Positions 38,447-46,779 of a stretch of DNA of 64,000 nt are shown piece after piece. The position numbers were made by a program, and so were the translations under genes. The stretch is from an uncultured Bacilli bacterium (lineage in GTDB: Bacteria > Bacillota_I > Bacilli_A > RFN20 > CAG-449). The notes beneath the pieces are model-generated. The model had not been told where the DNA came from and made no database searches. It was given only the letters and a program-made list of their open reading frames with translations. Within the stretch, counting starts at the first letter, position 1; the number at the start of each line of letters is the position of its first letter. The DNA lies in the NCBI GenBank assembly GCA_947595215.1, contig CANQEO010000003.1:5755-69754 (forward strand), in the 5' to 3' direction.

Positions 38447-41080
38447 ATGCAAAAAAAGTACGTATACCACTTTAAAGAAGCATATGGCTTAGGTAAAGAA
38501 CTTCTCGGTGGTAAAGGTGCTGGCTTAGCAGAAATGACACACATTGGAGTCCCCATTCCGCAAGGATTCACTGTCACAACTGAAGCTTGTACTCTTTACT
38601 ATGATAGTGGTAAAGTCCTTCCAGATTTTTTAGTGAAGGAAATTCATGAAGCTGTTCATGCAGTAGAAAAAGAAACCGGTAAAAACTTTGGTGGAGATCA
38701 TAATCCATTATTAGTTAGCGTTCGTTCCGGTGCCCGTGTCTCAATGCCAGGTATGATGGATACCATCTTAAACTTAGGTTTGAATGACAAGACTGTTGAA
38801 GCTTTAGCTAAAGAAACCGACAACGAAAGATTTGCTTACGACTGCTATCGCCGTTTCATCTTGATGTTTACCAACATCGCCAAAGGTCATCCAAGAACCG
38901 AAATGGATAAGATGCTCGACGAATTAAAAGAATCACGTGGTTACAAACTCGATACTGAAGTTACCGCTGATGAACTCAAGGTCTTAGTCGCAAAATACAA
39001 AGATTACTACAAGAAAACCTTCAACGAAGATTTTCCAAGTGATCCATATGTCCAAGTTATCGAAGCCGTTACCGCAGTTTTTCGTTCTTGGGACAACCCA
39101 AGAGCCAATGTCTATCGTATGATGAACAACATTCCATATTCTTGGGGTACTGCTGTTAATGTTCAATCGATGGCTTTTGGTAACAAAGGTGAAACTTCCG
39201 GTACTGGTGTTGCATTCTCCCGTGACCCAGCTACTGGTGAAAAGAACATCTCAGCTGAATATTTACCAAACGCTCAAGGCGAAGACGTCGTCGCTGGTAT
39301 CCGCACTCCACTTCACATCGATGAATTAAAGAGAAGAATGCCGGAAGTTTACGAACAATTTGTTAAAACCATTAAATTAATGGAAAATCATTATCGTGAT
39401 ATGCAAGATATGGAATTCACCGTCGAAGATGGTAAACTCTACTTCTTACAAACTCGTAATGGTAAGAGAACTCCTGCGGCAGCTTTAAAGATTGCTTGCG
39501 ATTTAGTTGACGAAGGATTAATAACTGAAGATGAAGCGGTCTTAAGAATCGATGCTTTATCATTCGACAAATTATTACTCCCTGGTTTTGACAAAGACGA
39601 ATTATCTAAAGCAACCCCGGTTGCTGAAGGTTTAGCCGCTGGTCCTGGTGCTGGTACCGGTAAATTAGCTTTCACTGCCGAAGAAGCAGAAAGAAGACAC
39701 GCCGCCGGTGAAAAAGTTGTCTTAGTCCGTGCCGAAACATCTCCGGAAGATATCGTCGGTATGGTCGCCGCTGAAGGTATTCTCACCATGCGTGGTGGTA
39801 TGACTTCACACGCCGCTGTCGTTGCTCGTGGTATGGGTAAATGCTGTGTCTGCGGTTGTAAAGAAGCTATCATTGATGAAGAAAATAGAACTTTAACCAT
39901 CAATGGTAAAGTTTATAACGAAAACGATGTATTCTCACTTGATGGCTCAACTGGTAAGATTTATGTAGGCGCCATCAAAACTGTTGATCCAGATTTAACT
40001 GCTGGTTACTTCGGTAGATTAATGAGCTGGGTTGACCGTGCAAGAAAATTAAAAGTTCGCACCAACGCTGATACTCCGCGTGATGCAAAACAAGCTAAAC
40101 TCTTCGGTGCCCAAGGTATAGGTCTCTGCCGTACTGAACACATGTTCTTCGACAAAGATCGTATCTTCTCAATGAGAAAGATGATTTTAGCCGACAATGT
40201 TGAAGATCGTAAAGCCGCATTAGCCGAACTTGAACCAATGCAACAAAAAGACTTCGAAGAATTATATGAAATCATGGGCGAATTAAATGTTAACGTTCGT
40301 CTATTAGATCCACCTCTTCACGAATTCTTGCCACAAGAAGAAGATAAGATCGAAGAACTTGCTAAGGCAACCGGAAAGACAATTAAAGAAGTTAAAGATC
40401 GTATCGCTGAATTACACGAATTCAACCCAATGATGGGTCACCGTGGCTGCCGTCTTGCTGTTTCTTATCCGGAAATTTGTGAAATGCAAACCACCGCTAT
40501 CATTAAGGCTGCTATCAATGTCATGAAGAAAGGCATCAAAGTTGAACCTGAAATCATGATTCCATTAGTTCTCGATGTCCGCGAATTAAAATTCGTCAAG
40601 AACATCATTGTTGAAACCGCCAATAAGTTAATCAAAGAAGCCGGTGTCAACATGAACTATCACGTCGGTACCATGATTGAAATCCCAAGAGCGGCTCTCC
40701 TCTCTGATGAAATCGCTAAGGAAGCGGAATTCTTCTCATTCGGTACAAACGACTTAACCCAAATGACCTTTGGTTTCAGCCGTGACGATGCTGCTAAATT
40801 CTTACCGGATTACTACGCTCACAAAATCTTTGAAGAAGATCCATTCAAGACCTTAGATCAAGATGGTGTCGGTAAATTAGTCAATATGTCCGTAAAAGCC
40901 GGTCGTTCCACTCGTGCTGACTTACACGTCGGTGTTTGTGGTGAAACTGGTGGCGATCCAAAATCAGTCGAATTTTATCACAAGGCTGGACTTGACTATG
41001 TTTCATGTTCACCATTCCGTGTGCCAGTTGCTCGTTTAGCCGCTGCTCAAGCTGCGATTAAAGAAAAACTCGCTAATTAA
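38447..41080 (+). CDS. ppdK: Pyruvate, phosphate dikinase
   Basis: 877 aa with an ATP-grasp N-terminus (GGKGAGLAEM), a phosphohistidine swivel motif (GGMTSHAAVVARGMG) and a PEP-utilising C-terminus (FFSFGTNDLTQ). AGGAGG RBS. Confidence 0.97.
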   Translation: MQKKYVYHFKEAYGLGKELLGGKGAGLAEMTHIGVPIPQGFTVTTEACTLYYDSGKVLPDFLVKEIHEAVHAVEKETGKNFGGDHNPLLVSVRSGARVSMPGMMDTILNLGLNDKTVEALAKETDNERFAYDCYRRFILMFTNIAKGHPRTEMDKMLDELKESRGYKLDTEVTADELKVLVAKYKDYYKKTFNEDFPSDPYVQVIEAVTAVFRSWDNPRANVYRMMNNIPYSWGTAVNVQSMAFGNKGETSGTGVAFSRDPATGEKNISAEYLPNAQGEDVVAGIRTPLHIDELKRRMPEVYEQFVKTIKLMENHYRDMQDMEFTVEDGKLYFLQTRNGKRTPAAALKIACDLVDEGLITEDEAVLRIDALSFDKLLLPGFDKDELSKATPVAEGLAAGPGAGTGKLAFTAEEAERRHAAGEKVVLVRAETSPEDIVGMVAAEGILTMRGGMTSHAAVVARGMGKCCVCGCKEAIIDEENRTLTINGKVYNENDVFSLDGSTGKIYVGAIKTVDPDLTAGYFGRLMSWVDRARKLKVRTNADTPRDAKQAKLFGAQGIGLCRTEHMFFDKDRIFSMRKMILADNVEDRKAALAELEPMQQKDFEELYEIMGELNVNVRLLDPPLHEFLPQEEDKIEELAKATGKTIKEVKDRIAELHEFNPMMGHRGCRLAVSYPEICEMQTTAIIKAAINVMKKGIKVEPEIMIPLVLDVRELKFVKNIIVETANKLIKEAGVNMNYHVGTMIEIPRAALLSDEIAKEAEFFSFGTNDLTQMTFGFSRDDAAKFLPDYYAHKIFEEDPFKTLDQDGVGKLVNMSVKAGRSTRADLHVGVCGETGGDPKSVEFYHKAGLDYVSCSPFRVPVARLAAAQAAIKEKLAN

Positions 41081-41086
41081 TTAATT

Positions 41087-41124
41087 AAAAGCTGTTAAGA
41101 TAGATTTCTTAACAGCTTTTTCGT
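41087..41124 (+). terminator. Rho-independent terminator after ppdK
   Basis: AAAAGCTGTTAAG-atagattt-CTTAACAGCTTTT followed by a T-rich tail. Confidence 0.8.
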
Positions 41125-41254
41125 TGTTTTTTTGCATAATTTTAGCTTTTTTTAGTTTTAATCTTCGATATTTGTTATAAATTTATCAATTCCAAAAGTG
41201 AAAAGAAAAGGGAGTTATGAAGAGAGGTTTTTCTTCTTACTTCCTTTACTTTAT

Positions 41255-42235
41255 TTAACAATTCTTTTTATCATTATCAACATGATTGTAGATATCGTAA
41301 ACTACTGAAACGGGTTTACCTGTTTCTACATGTTCAATAACTTTAGCAAGCATCGGCGCCAAAGATAAAACCTTTACTTTATCAACTTTCATTTCATCGC
41401 GTAACGGAATCGAATTAGTAACTACAACTTCATCAAAGAAGTCTGATAACATACGCGCCGCAGCGTTTTTAGAAAATACTGGGTGAGTGCAAGCAATTTT
41501 AATCGATTTTGCACCATTCTTCTTTAGTGCTTGAGCACCTGCATAACATGAACCACCAGTGTCAACCATATCATCGATCATAATACAATGTTTACCTTCA
41601 ACATTACCGACAATATTCATAACTTCAGCTTCATTTGGTTTCATTCTTCTTTTATCGATGATAGCAAGTGGTACATTCAATTTTTCAGCCACTTTGCGGG
41701 CGCGATTAACACCACCATGATCTGGAGAAACTACTACGAGATCTTCGCGATTAGGATTTTGTTTCCAAAAGTAATCTGCAATTAACGGAATCGCAGTTAA
41801 CTCATCAACTAAACAAGAGAAAAATCCTTGAATTTGAGGTGCATGTAAATCGACAGTGATTACACGATCAATTCCAGCTACTTTTATTAAATCAGCAACA
41901 AGACGAGAAGTGATCGGTTGTCTTGGTTTAGATTTACGATCTTGTCTTGCATAACCGAAATATGGAACAACCAAATTAATTTGACGAGCAGAGCCTCTTT
42001 TTAAAGCATCAGCAAAAATCAATATTTCAAACAAGTGCTCGGTAACTGGAGAACACGTCGATTGAATAATATAGACATCTTTATCTCTAACGGTGTCTAA
42101 AGGTTCACAAAGAATTTCACCATCAGCAAAGTGGCTGACAATGCACTTACTGACATTGATTCCTAAAATGTTAGCAATTTCTTCAGTAAGCTCTAGGTTA
42201 GCAGTCAACGAATAAATAACGGTATGATCTAGCAT
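41255..42235 (-). CDS. prs: Ribose-phosphate pyrophosphokinase
   Basis: 326 aa with the PRPP-binding loop (IMIDDMVDTGGS) and YFGYARQDRK. Confidence 0.95.
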   Translation of the reverse strand: MLDHTVIYSLTANLELTEEIANILGINVSKCIVSHFADGEILCEPLDTVRDKDVYIIQSTCSPVTEHLFEILIFADALKRGSARQINLVVPYFGYARQDRKSKPRQPITSRLVADLIKVAGIDRVITVDLHAPQIQGFFSCLVDELTAIPLIADYFWKQNPNREDLVVVSPDHGGVNRARKVAEKLNVPLAIIDKRRMKPNEAEVMNIVGNVEGKHCIMIDDMVDTGGSCYAGAQALKKNGAKSIKIACTHPVFSKNAAARMLSDFFDEVVVTNSIPLRDEMKVDKVKVLSLAPMLAKVIEHVETGKPVSVVYDIYNHVDNDKKNC

Positions 42236-42267
42236 GATGCCTCCTTGTTAAGATCTTTTTGAAGTAC

Positions 42268-43002
42268 TTATTTCCGTGATTCAAAAGGTCCCACACTCTC
42301 ATTGCTTCCAATTGTCGTATTCGATAAAAAAGCGAGAGTAATCTTATTATAATCTTTTATTAAGGAATTTTCTATAATTGTGTGAGGCCCTATCGTATTT
42401 TCTTGTCCTATAATGGTCTTTCCTAGAATCATAGTATGAGGCAAAACATAGTTTTTACCGGTAAAAGTCACAAGTGGTGAAATATAAGTAGATTCCGGAT
42501 CTTCAAAAAAAACACCTAAACTTTGCCATTTCTTTATCATTTCGCGACGCACGTTTTCTATAAATGCGGAACGATCATTATTTTCAAGTAAATTATATGA
42601 GTTTTCTTTTATCTTAAGGGTCTTATAGTACTTATAACCTTTATTATATATTGTACAAATCTCTTCTTTTTTTTGATTAAAAATCTGAATTTTTCCTTTT
42701 TTTAAGCTAATATATTTATTCAAATTTTTTGAATTTCTTAAAATGTGATTACCCTGAAAAACAACAATTTGATGATATGGTTTTAACGAATATGAATTTA
42801 TCTTTTTATCTAGCAACTTTATATTATCATTAATAGATTGTTTTTTTAAAAAATCATCGTCTGTTTCAATCATAAAATCACTTTGCTGATTTAAATCAAA
42901 ATAGCGATAAATAGGTAATCCTAAAAGAGAATAAAAAATCTTACTTTCCATCTCATTTAAGCGCGGATAGAGTAAGATTACTAAACGATCTCGTGCTTTC
43001 AT
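42268..43002 (-). CDS. Truncated, degenerate GlmU-like protein (probable gene relic)
   Basis: 244 aa at the glmU position upstream of prs. The C-terminus matches the GlmU linker and first LbH turns (DPESTYISP, IGQENTIGPHTIIENSLI, IGSNESVGPF) and then stops. The N-terminal G-x-G-T-R-M nucleotide-binding motif is replaced by LYPRLNEM. Confidence 0.7.
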   Translation of the reverse strand: MKARDRLVILLYPRLNEMESKIFYSLLGLPIYRYFDLNQQSDFMIETDDDFLKKQSINDNIKLLDKKINSYSLKPYHQIVVFQGNHILRNSKNLNKYISLKKGKIQIFNQKKEEICTIYNKGYKYYKTLKIKENSYNLLENNDRSAFIENVRREMIKKWQSLGVFFEDPESTYISPLVTFTGKNYVLPHTMILGKTIIGQENTIGPHTIIENSLIKDYNKITLAFLSNTTIGSNESVGPFESRK

Positions 43003-43023
43003 ACTCTATAGTATGAAAACTTT

Positions 43024-43875
43024 TTATAATGTTTCAGTTATTCTTACAAACTTACCGAAAGGTTGAAGTTCTTTTTGTGCTTTTTGTAGAGCTTTTAAAT
43101 CATTCGACAGACAAAATACACATGTTCCCGAACCAGTCATTAAGACTTTATTAAATCCCATACTGAATAGTTTATCTTTAATTTCTTTAACAATCGGTTT
43201 GCTATTAATAGCGGGTATTTCTAAATCATTTACCATATTTTTTGCTAGCGCTTCATCATCTTTATTAATTAAAGCCTCTTTTAAAGCACTAATATTAACG
43301 AATGTATTTAGATTCATATCATCGTAATCTTTAAATACTTGACGAGTAGATAATCCTTCATTTGGTTTTATTAATAATACATGATAATGGTCTTTAAAAT
43401 TGATTTTTTCTAATTTCTCACCAATACCACTTACATAAGCCGGATGGTTAAATAAACAGAAAGGGACATCCGCGCCAACTCGATAAGCGATATCGATTAA
43501 TTGTTCTTCGCTCAGGTTTAATTTTAATAAACGATTTAGAGCGTTGATAACAGCCGCAGCGTCAGCGGAGCCACCACCTAAACCGGCTGAAAGAGGAATA
43601 ATTTTATGGATATGGATTCTAAAACTTTGAGTGATGTTAAATCTTTTTTTCATCTCAGCGAAAGCTTTATGAACAACATTATTTTCATCAGTTGGAACTG
43701 AAGTATCATCACAAGTAATAAATGAATCAAATCCTTTTGGCAAAATTTCGATTTCTACGCGATCATGAAGTTCAAGTGGCATCATAATCGATTCTAAAAG
43801 ATGATAGCCATCTTCTCTTTTTCCAACGACTTTTAACGCAAGATTAATCTTGGCGTGTGCCTTAACCATAATCAT
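43024..43875 (-). CDS. ispE: 4-(cytidine 5'-diphospho)-2-C-methyl-D-erythritol kinase
   Basis: 283 aa with AHAKINLALKVVGKREDGYHLLES and the GHMP kinase motif PLSAGLGGGSADAAA. Confidence 0.9.
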   Translation of the reverse strand: MIMVKAHAKINLALKVVGKREDGYHLLESIMMPLELHDRVEIEILPKGFDSFITCDDTSVPTDENNVVHKAFAEMKKRFNITQSFRIHIHKIIPLSAGLGGGSADAAAVINALNRLLKLNLSEEQLIDIAYRVGADVPFCLFNHPAYVSGIGEKLEKINFKDHYHVLLIKPNEGLSTRQVFKDYDDMNLNTFVNISALKEALINKDDEALAKNMVNDLEIPAINSKPIVKEIKDKLFSMGFNKVLMTGSGTCVFCLSNDLKALQKAQKELQPFGKFVRITETL

Positions 43876-44647
43876 TGGCGTTTCCTCCTACAAATGTCTT
43901 ACGAGCTCTTCCTCGAGTTTCTAATCCCCCCATTCCTTTAGAAATAGTACTTTTAAGTATCTCATCGATATCAGCGTACTCAGTTACTCTTACCGAAGCG
44001 ATTTGACTGGCAATAATTACCGGATCTAGAAGATGGATGTTCTTTCTAGTTGGCGAAGAAGCAAAATTCGCTCCACCTTCAATCAAAGCCTCATAATAAC
44101 TTTGACAAGCACCTGCAATTATCACAAGCGAATCTTTATCAGAAACTACTTTACGAGCCTCTAAGACTGCATTGACAAAATTACTCGAATTCCGATAAGA
44201 AGTCAAGTTATATAAATCATCTTTGTTATTTATTTTTAAAGAGTCGTGTCCAGTCAACACTAATACATCTGGATGATGTTCATTTATAAGTCTTACCACA
44301 ACCGAAGCCATATCAGGTTCTTTAATATGGTATCCTATCGCTTTTAAACCATAAGTTTGATATGCTTTCATCGCTTTTTTTAAATAATATTCATCTCCAT
44401 CAAGATGAAGAATTTTACCTTCAATCAAATCTTGACCGCGACTTTTTTCTATAGCAGGGAGGATAACTTTTATTTTGTTTTCTATTTGATAAGGAACAAG
44501 ATCCTGTTTTGGGGCATCACAGATTAAACGAACTACTTCTCCTTTTAAAATATATTTATCCTCTTGTATTTCTACAATTCTAAAAATCACATCGTTCTGA
44601 TGTGAAATTCTTGTCACTAAATCTCCAATTTTCATATAATCACCCAT
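43862..44647 (-). CDS. yabG: Sporulation-specific peptidase YabG
   Basis: 261 aa. The N-terminus IGDLVTRISHQNDVIFRIVEI parallels B. subtilis YabG (IGDMVARKSYQMDVLFRI). Position between rsmA and ispE is conserved. A start at the second ATG (44635), which has a GGGTGA RBS, is at least as likely. Confidence 0.75.
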   Translation of the reverse strand: MGDYMKIGDLVTRISHQNDVIFRIVEIQEDKYILKGEVVRLICDAPKQDLVPYQIENKIKVILPAIEKSRGQDLIEGKILHLDGDEYYLKKAMKAYQTYGLKAIGYHIKEPDMASVVVRLINEHHPDVLVLTGHDSLKINNKDDLYNLTSYRNSSNFVNAVLEARKVVSDKDSLVIIAGACQSYYEALIEGGANFASSPTRKNIHLLDPVIIASQIASVRVTEYADIDEILKSTISKGMGGLETRGRARKTFVGGNANDYG

Positions 44648-44668
44648 TTATTATATGAAATTAAAGCT

Positions 44669-45484
44669 TTATATTGCCTTAACCAATTTCAAAAATTGAT
44701 TTAGTTTTAGATCTTCTGCACGAGAAGATGGGTCTATTTCTGCTTTTTGAAGTATTTGTGCTACTTTTTCTCTTTCATATTTGGCGCTTAAATTATTAAA
44801 AATAGTTTTACGTCGCATTGAAAAAGAGACTTTTAAGAGTTTTATCAATTTTTCTGCTTCTTGGGGATCATAAGTTTCATTAAAAGTAAGCAATAAAACT
44901 ACACTATCGACATGAGGTGCTGGTATATAGGCATCGCGATTAACTTTAGCGACCAATTCTAAATTACCTACATATTCTAAAAGGATATTTAATGGCCCAT
45001 AATCTTTATTTCCTACTTTTGCCTTTAACCGATCATAAACTTCTTTTTGAATCATGAATTCAAATAGTTTCGGTCTAAACGAAGTGGTTACAATTTTTTC
45101 AATTATCGGACTTGTAACATTATAAGGAACATTTGAAATAAACTTAATTTGTTGTTCTTTATATTTATTTAAGTCTTCTTTAAGAAAATCCAAATGATGT
45201 ATTGTAACTGTTCTACTTTGAAATTCTTCATTTAAATGATTGACCATCTCTTCATCTATTTCATATAAGATCACATTATTTGATTTATCTATAAGCAGTT
45301 GACTCAAAGCACCTAATCCCGGTCCAATTTCAATAATGCTATCTTGATTATTTATTTCTAGTTTGCTCACGATCATTTCAGCAAGATTTTCATCCACCAG
45401 AAAATTTTGCGAGTATCTCTTTTTTGCTCGCATCAACTTGGAAGTCATTGTCTTTATAACATATTCACGAGAGCATATTTTCAT
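44669..45484 (-). CDS. rsmA: 16S rRNA (adenine1518/1519-N6)-dimethyltransferase
   Basis: 271 aa with SQNFLVD and the SAM motif IIEIGPGLGALS. ATGA overlap with rnmV. Confidence 0.9.
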   Translation of the reverse strand: MKICSREYVIKTMTSKLMRAKKRYSQNFLVDENLAEMIVSKLEINNQDSIIEIGPGLGALSQLLIDKSNNVILYEIDEEMVNHLNEEFQSRTVTIHHLDFLKEDLNKYKEQQIKFISNVPYNVTSPIIEKIVTTSFRPKLFEFMIQKEVYDRLKAKVGNKDYGPLNILLEYVGNLELVAKVNRDAYIPAPHVDSVVLLLTFNETYDPQEAEKLIKLLKVSFSMRRKTIFNNLSAKYEREKVAQILQKAEIDPSSRAEDLKLNQFLKLVKAI

Positions 45485-46050
45485 GATAATATCTCCAAAT
45501 AAGCAATTAAATCCTCGTAAGGAATATCACACGTATTTAATCGTTTCAATAAAGTTTTAGCATTTCCGTATCCCAAATTAAAGTGACTCATCAACTTTTG
45601 TCTTCGTTCTTTAGAATCAATAGCACCGGTTAAACGATATTTAAAGAGAAAACTTCCATCATAGTTAGCAATTTGCTTTTTTCTAAATGTGACAGCGCTA
45701 TTTATAGCACGTAAAAGTTCATCGCGTTCGCATTCAGCAACACCAAGTTTTTTTCCTTTAATTGATTTCCTTCTATCAACGAAAGCGTGATGAGCAGAAG
45801 GGATTTCTTTTGAAAGAATTTCACGAATTTTTAATCCTGGATAATCTGGATCAGTAAGAATTAAAATATCCTTTGTTTTCGCAGCCTCTTTAAGATAATG
45901 AATTGTTTCACGTGGAACATCATAGCCGTTTGTAATCACATATTCACACTCAAAATATGTTGAAAGACGAGCAACATCGCTTTTACCTTCTACAACGATA
46001 ATTTGAAAGGGAAGTTCTTTCTTATTCAATCTCAAAAAACCTCCTAGCAT
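45481..46050 (-). CDS. rnmV: Ribonuclease M5
   Basis: Toprim N-terminus IIVVEGKSDVARL and DPDYPG. The longest ORF is given. A TTG start at 46029, 10 nt after AGGAGG, is a plausible true start. Confidence 0.85.
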   Translation of the reverse strand: MLGGFLRLNKKELPFQIIVVEGKSDVARLSTYFECEYVITNGYDVPRETIHYLKEAAKTKDILILTDPDYPGLKIREILSKEIPSAHHAFVDRRKSIKGKKLGVAECERDELLRAINSAVTFRKKQIANYDGSFLFKYRLTGAIDSKERRQKLMSHFNLGYGNAKTLLKRLNTCDIPYEDLIAYLEILS

Positions 46051-46777
46051 TTGTTTCAGTTATACAATCTATTTCTTCAAATGACATATTTCGAATTTCA
46101 GCTATTTTTCCGATAATATATTTTAAATTTTTCGAGTCATTTCTTTTTCCTCGATTAGGAACGGGTGCCAAATAAGGCGAATCAGTTTCAACAAGTAAAC
46201 GATCTAATGGTACTTTTAAAGCAACTTCCACTGGTGTCTTAGCGTTTTTAAATGTAACTGGTCCATCTATTCCGATATAACATCCTAATTTTATAAATTC
46301 TTCCATCATTTCAACTGATCCAGAATAGCAATGTAACACACATCCCTTTTTAGGAAAATATTGTTTTAATATTAGATATGTATCTTCATGAGCATCGCGA
46401 TTGTGAACTATCACAGGAAGTTCAAGTTTGTTTGCTAAAAGAAGTTGCTTTATAAAAAGTTTTTTTTGCTTTTCCCGTTCTTCTTTGTCTTTAATCCAAT
46501 AATAATCCAAACCTATTTCACCTATAGCTTTCACTTTAGGACTACCAGCATAATCTTTAATTTTTATGGCATTATCTGCATCTTTTATTTCTAAAGGGTG
46601 AATTCCAAACGCACAATAAACACCTTCAAATTTTTCACTTAAATCTAAAGCTTTTAAAGAGTTATTAAAAGTATCTCCTGGGATGAGTAATGTGAGTCCT
46701 TCATCTAAACAAGATTTTATCATCGCTTCTTGATTTTCAAAAGCATCATCATATAAATGTGTATGAGTATCAAACAT
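46022..46777 (-). CDS. tatD: TatD-family metal-dependent hydrolase (YabD)
   Basis: Starts MFDTHTHL, the canonical TatD N-terminus, and contains the HCYSG and ETDSPYL motifs. The ATG is 2 nt after the mnmE stop codon. Confidence 0.9.
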   Translation of the reverse strand: MFDTHTHLYDDAFENQEAMIKSCLDEGLTLLIPGDTFNNSLKALDLSEKFEGVYCAFGIHPLEIKDADNAIKIKDYAGSPKVKAIGEIGLDYYWIKDKEEREKQKKLFIKQLLLANKLELPVIVHNRDAHEDTYLILKQYFPKKGCVLHCYSGSVEMMEEFIKLGCYIGIDGPVTFKNAKTPVEVALKVPLDRLLVETDSPYLAPVPNRGKRNDSKNLKYIIGKIAEIRNMSFEEIDCITETNARRFFEIE

Positions 46778-46779
46778 CG

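Noticed and set aside
39439-39903. 154-aa minus-strand ORF inside ppdK, plus 89-, 62- and 60-aa ORFs at 40006-40275, 40465-40653 and 38984-39166.
   Set aside because: These are antisense shadow ORFs of a strongly codon-biased, higher-GC gene. The products are low-complexity and Ala/Ser/Pro-rich, with no RBS.
41217-41258. 13-codon mini-ORF (MKRGFSSYFLYFI) with an AAGGGAG RBS, downstream of ppdK and overlapping the prs stop codon.
   Set aside because: It is too short, and there is no evidence of conservation. The purine-rich stretch is most likely fortuitous in the convergent intergenic region.
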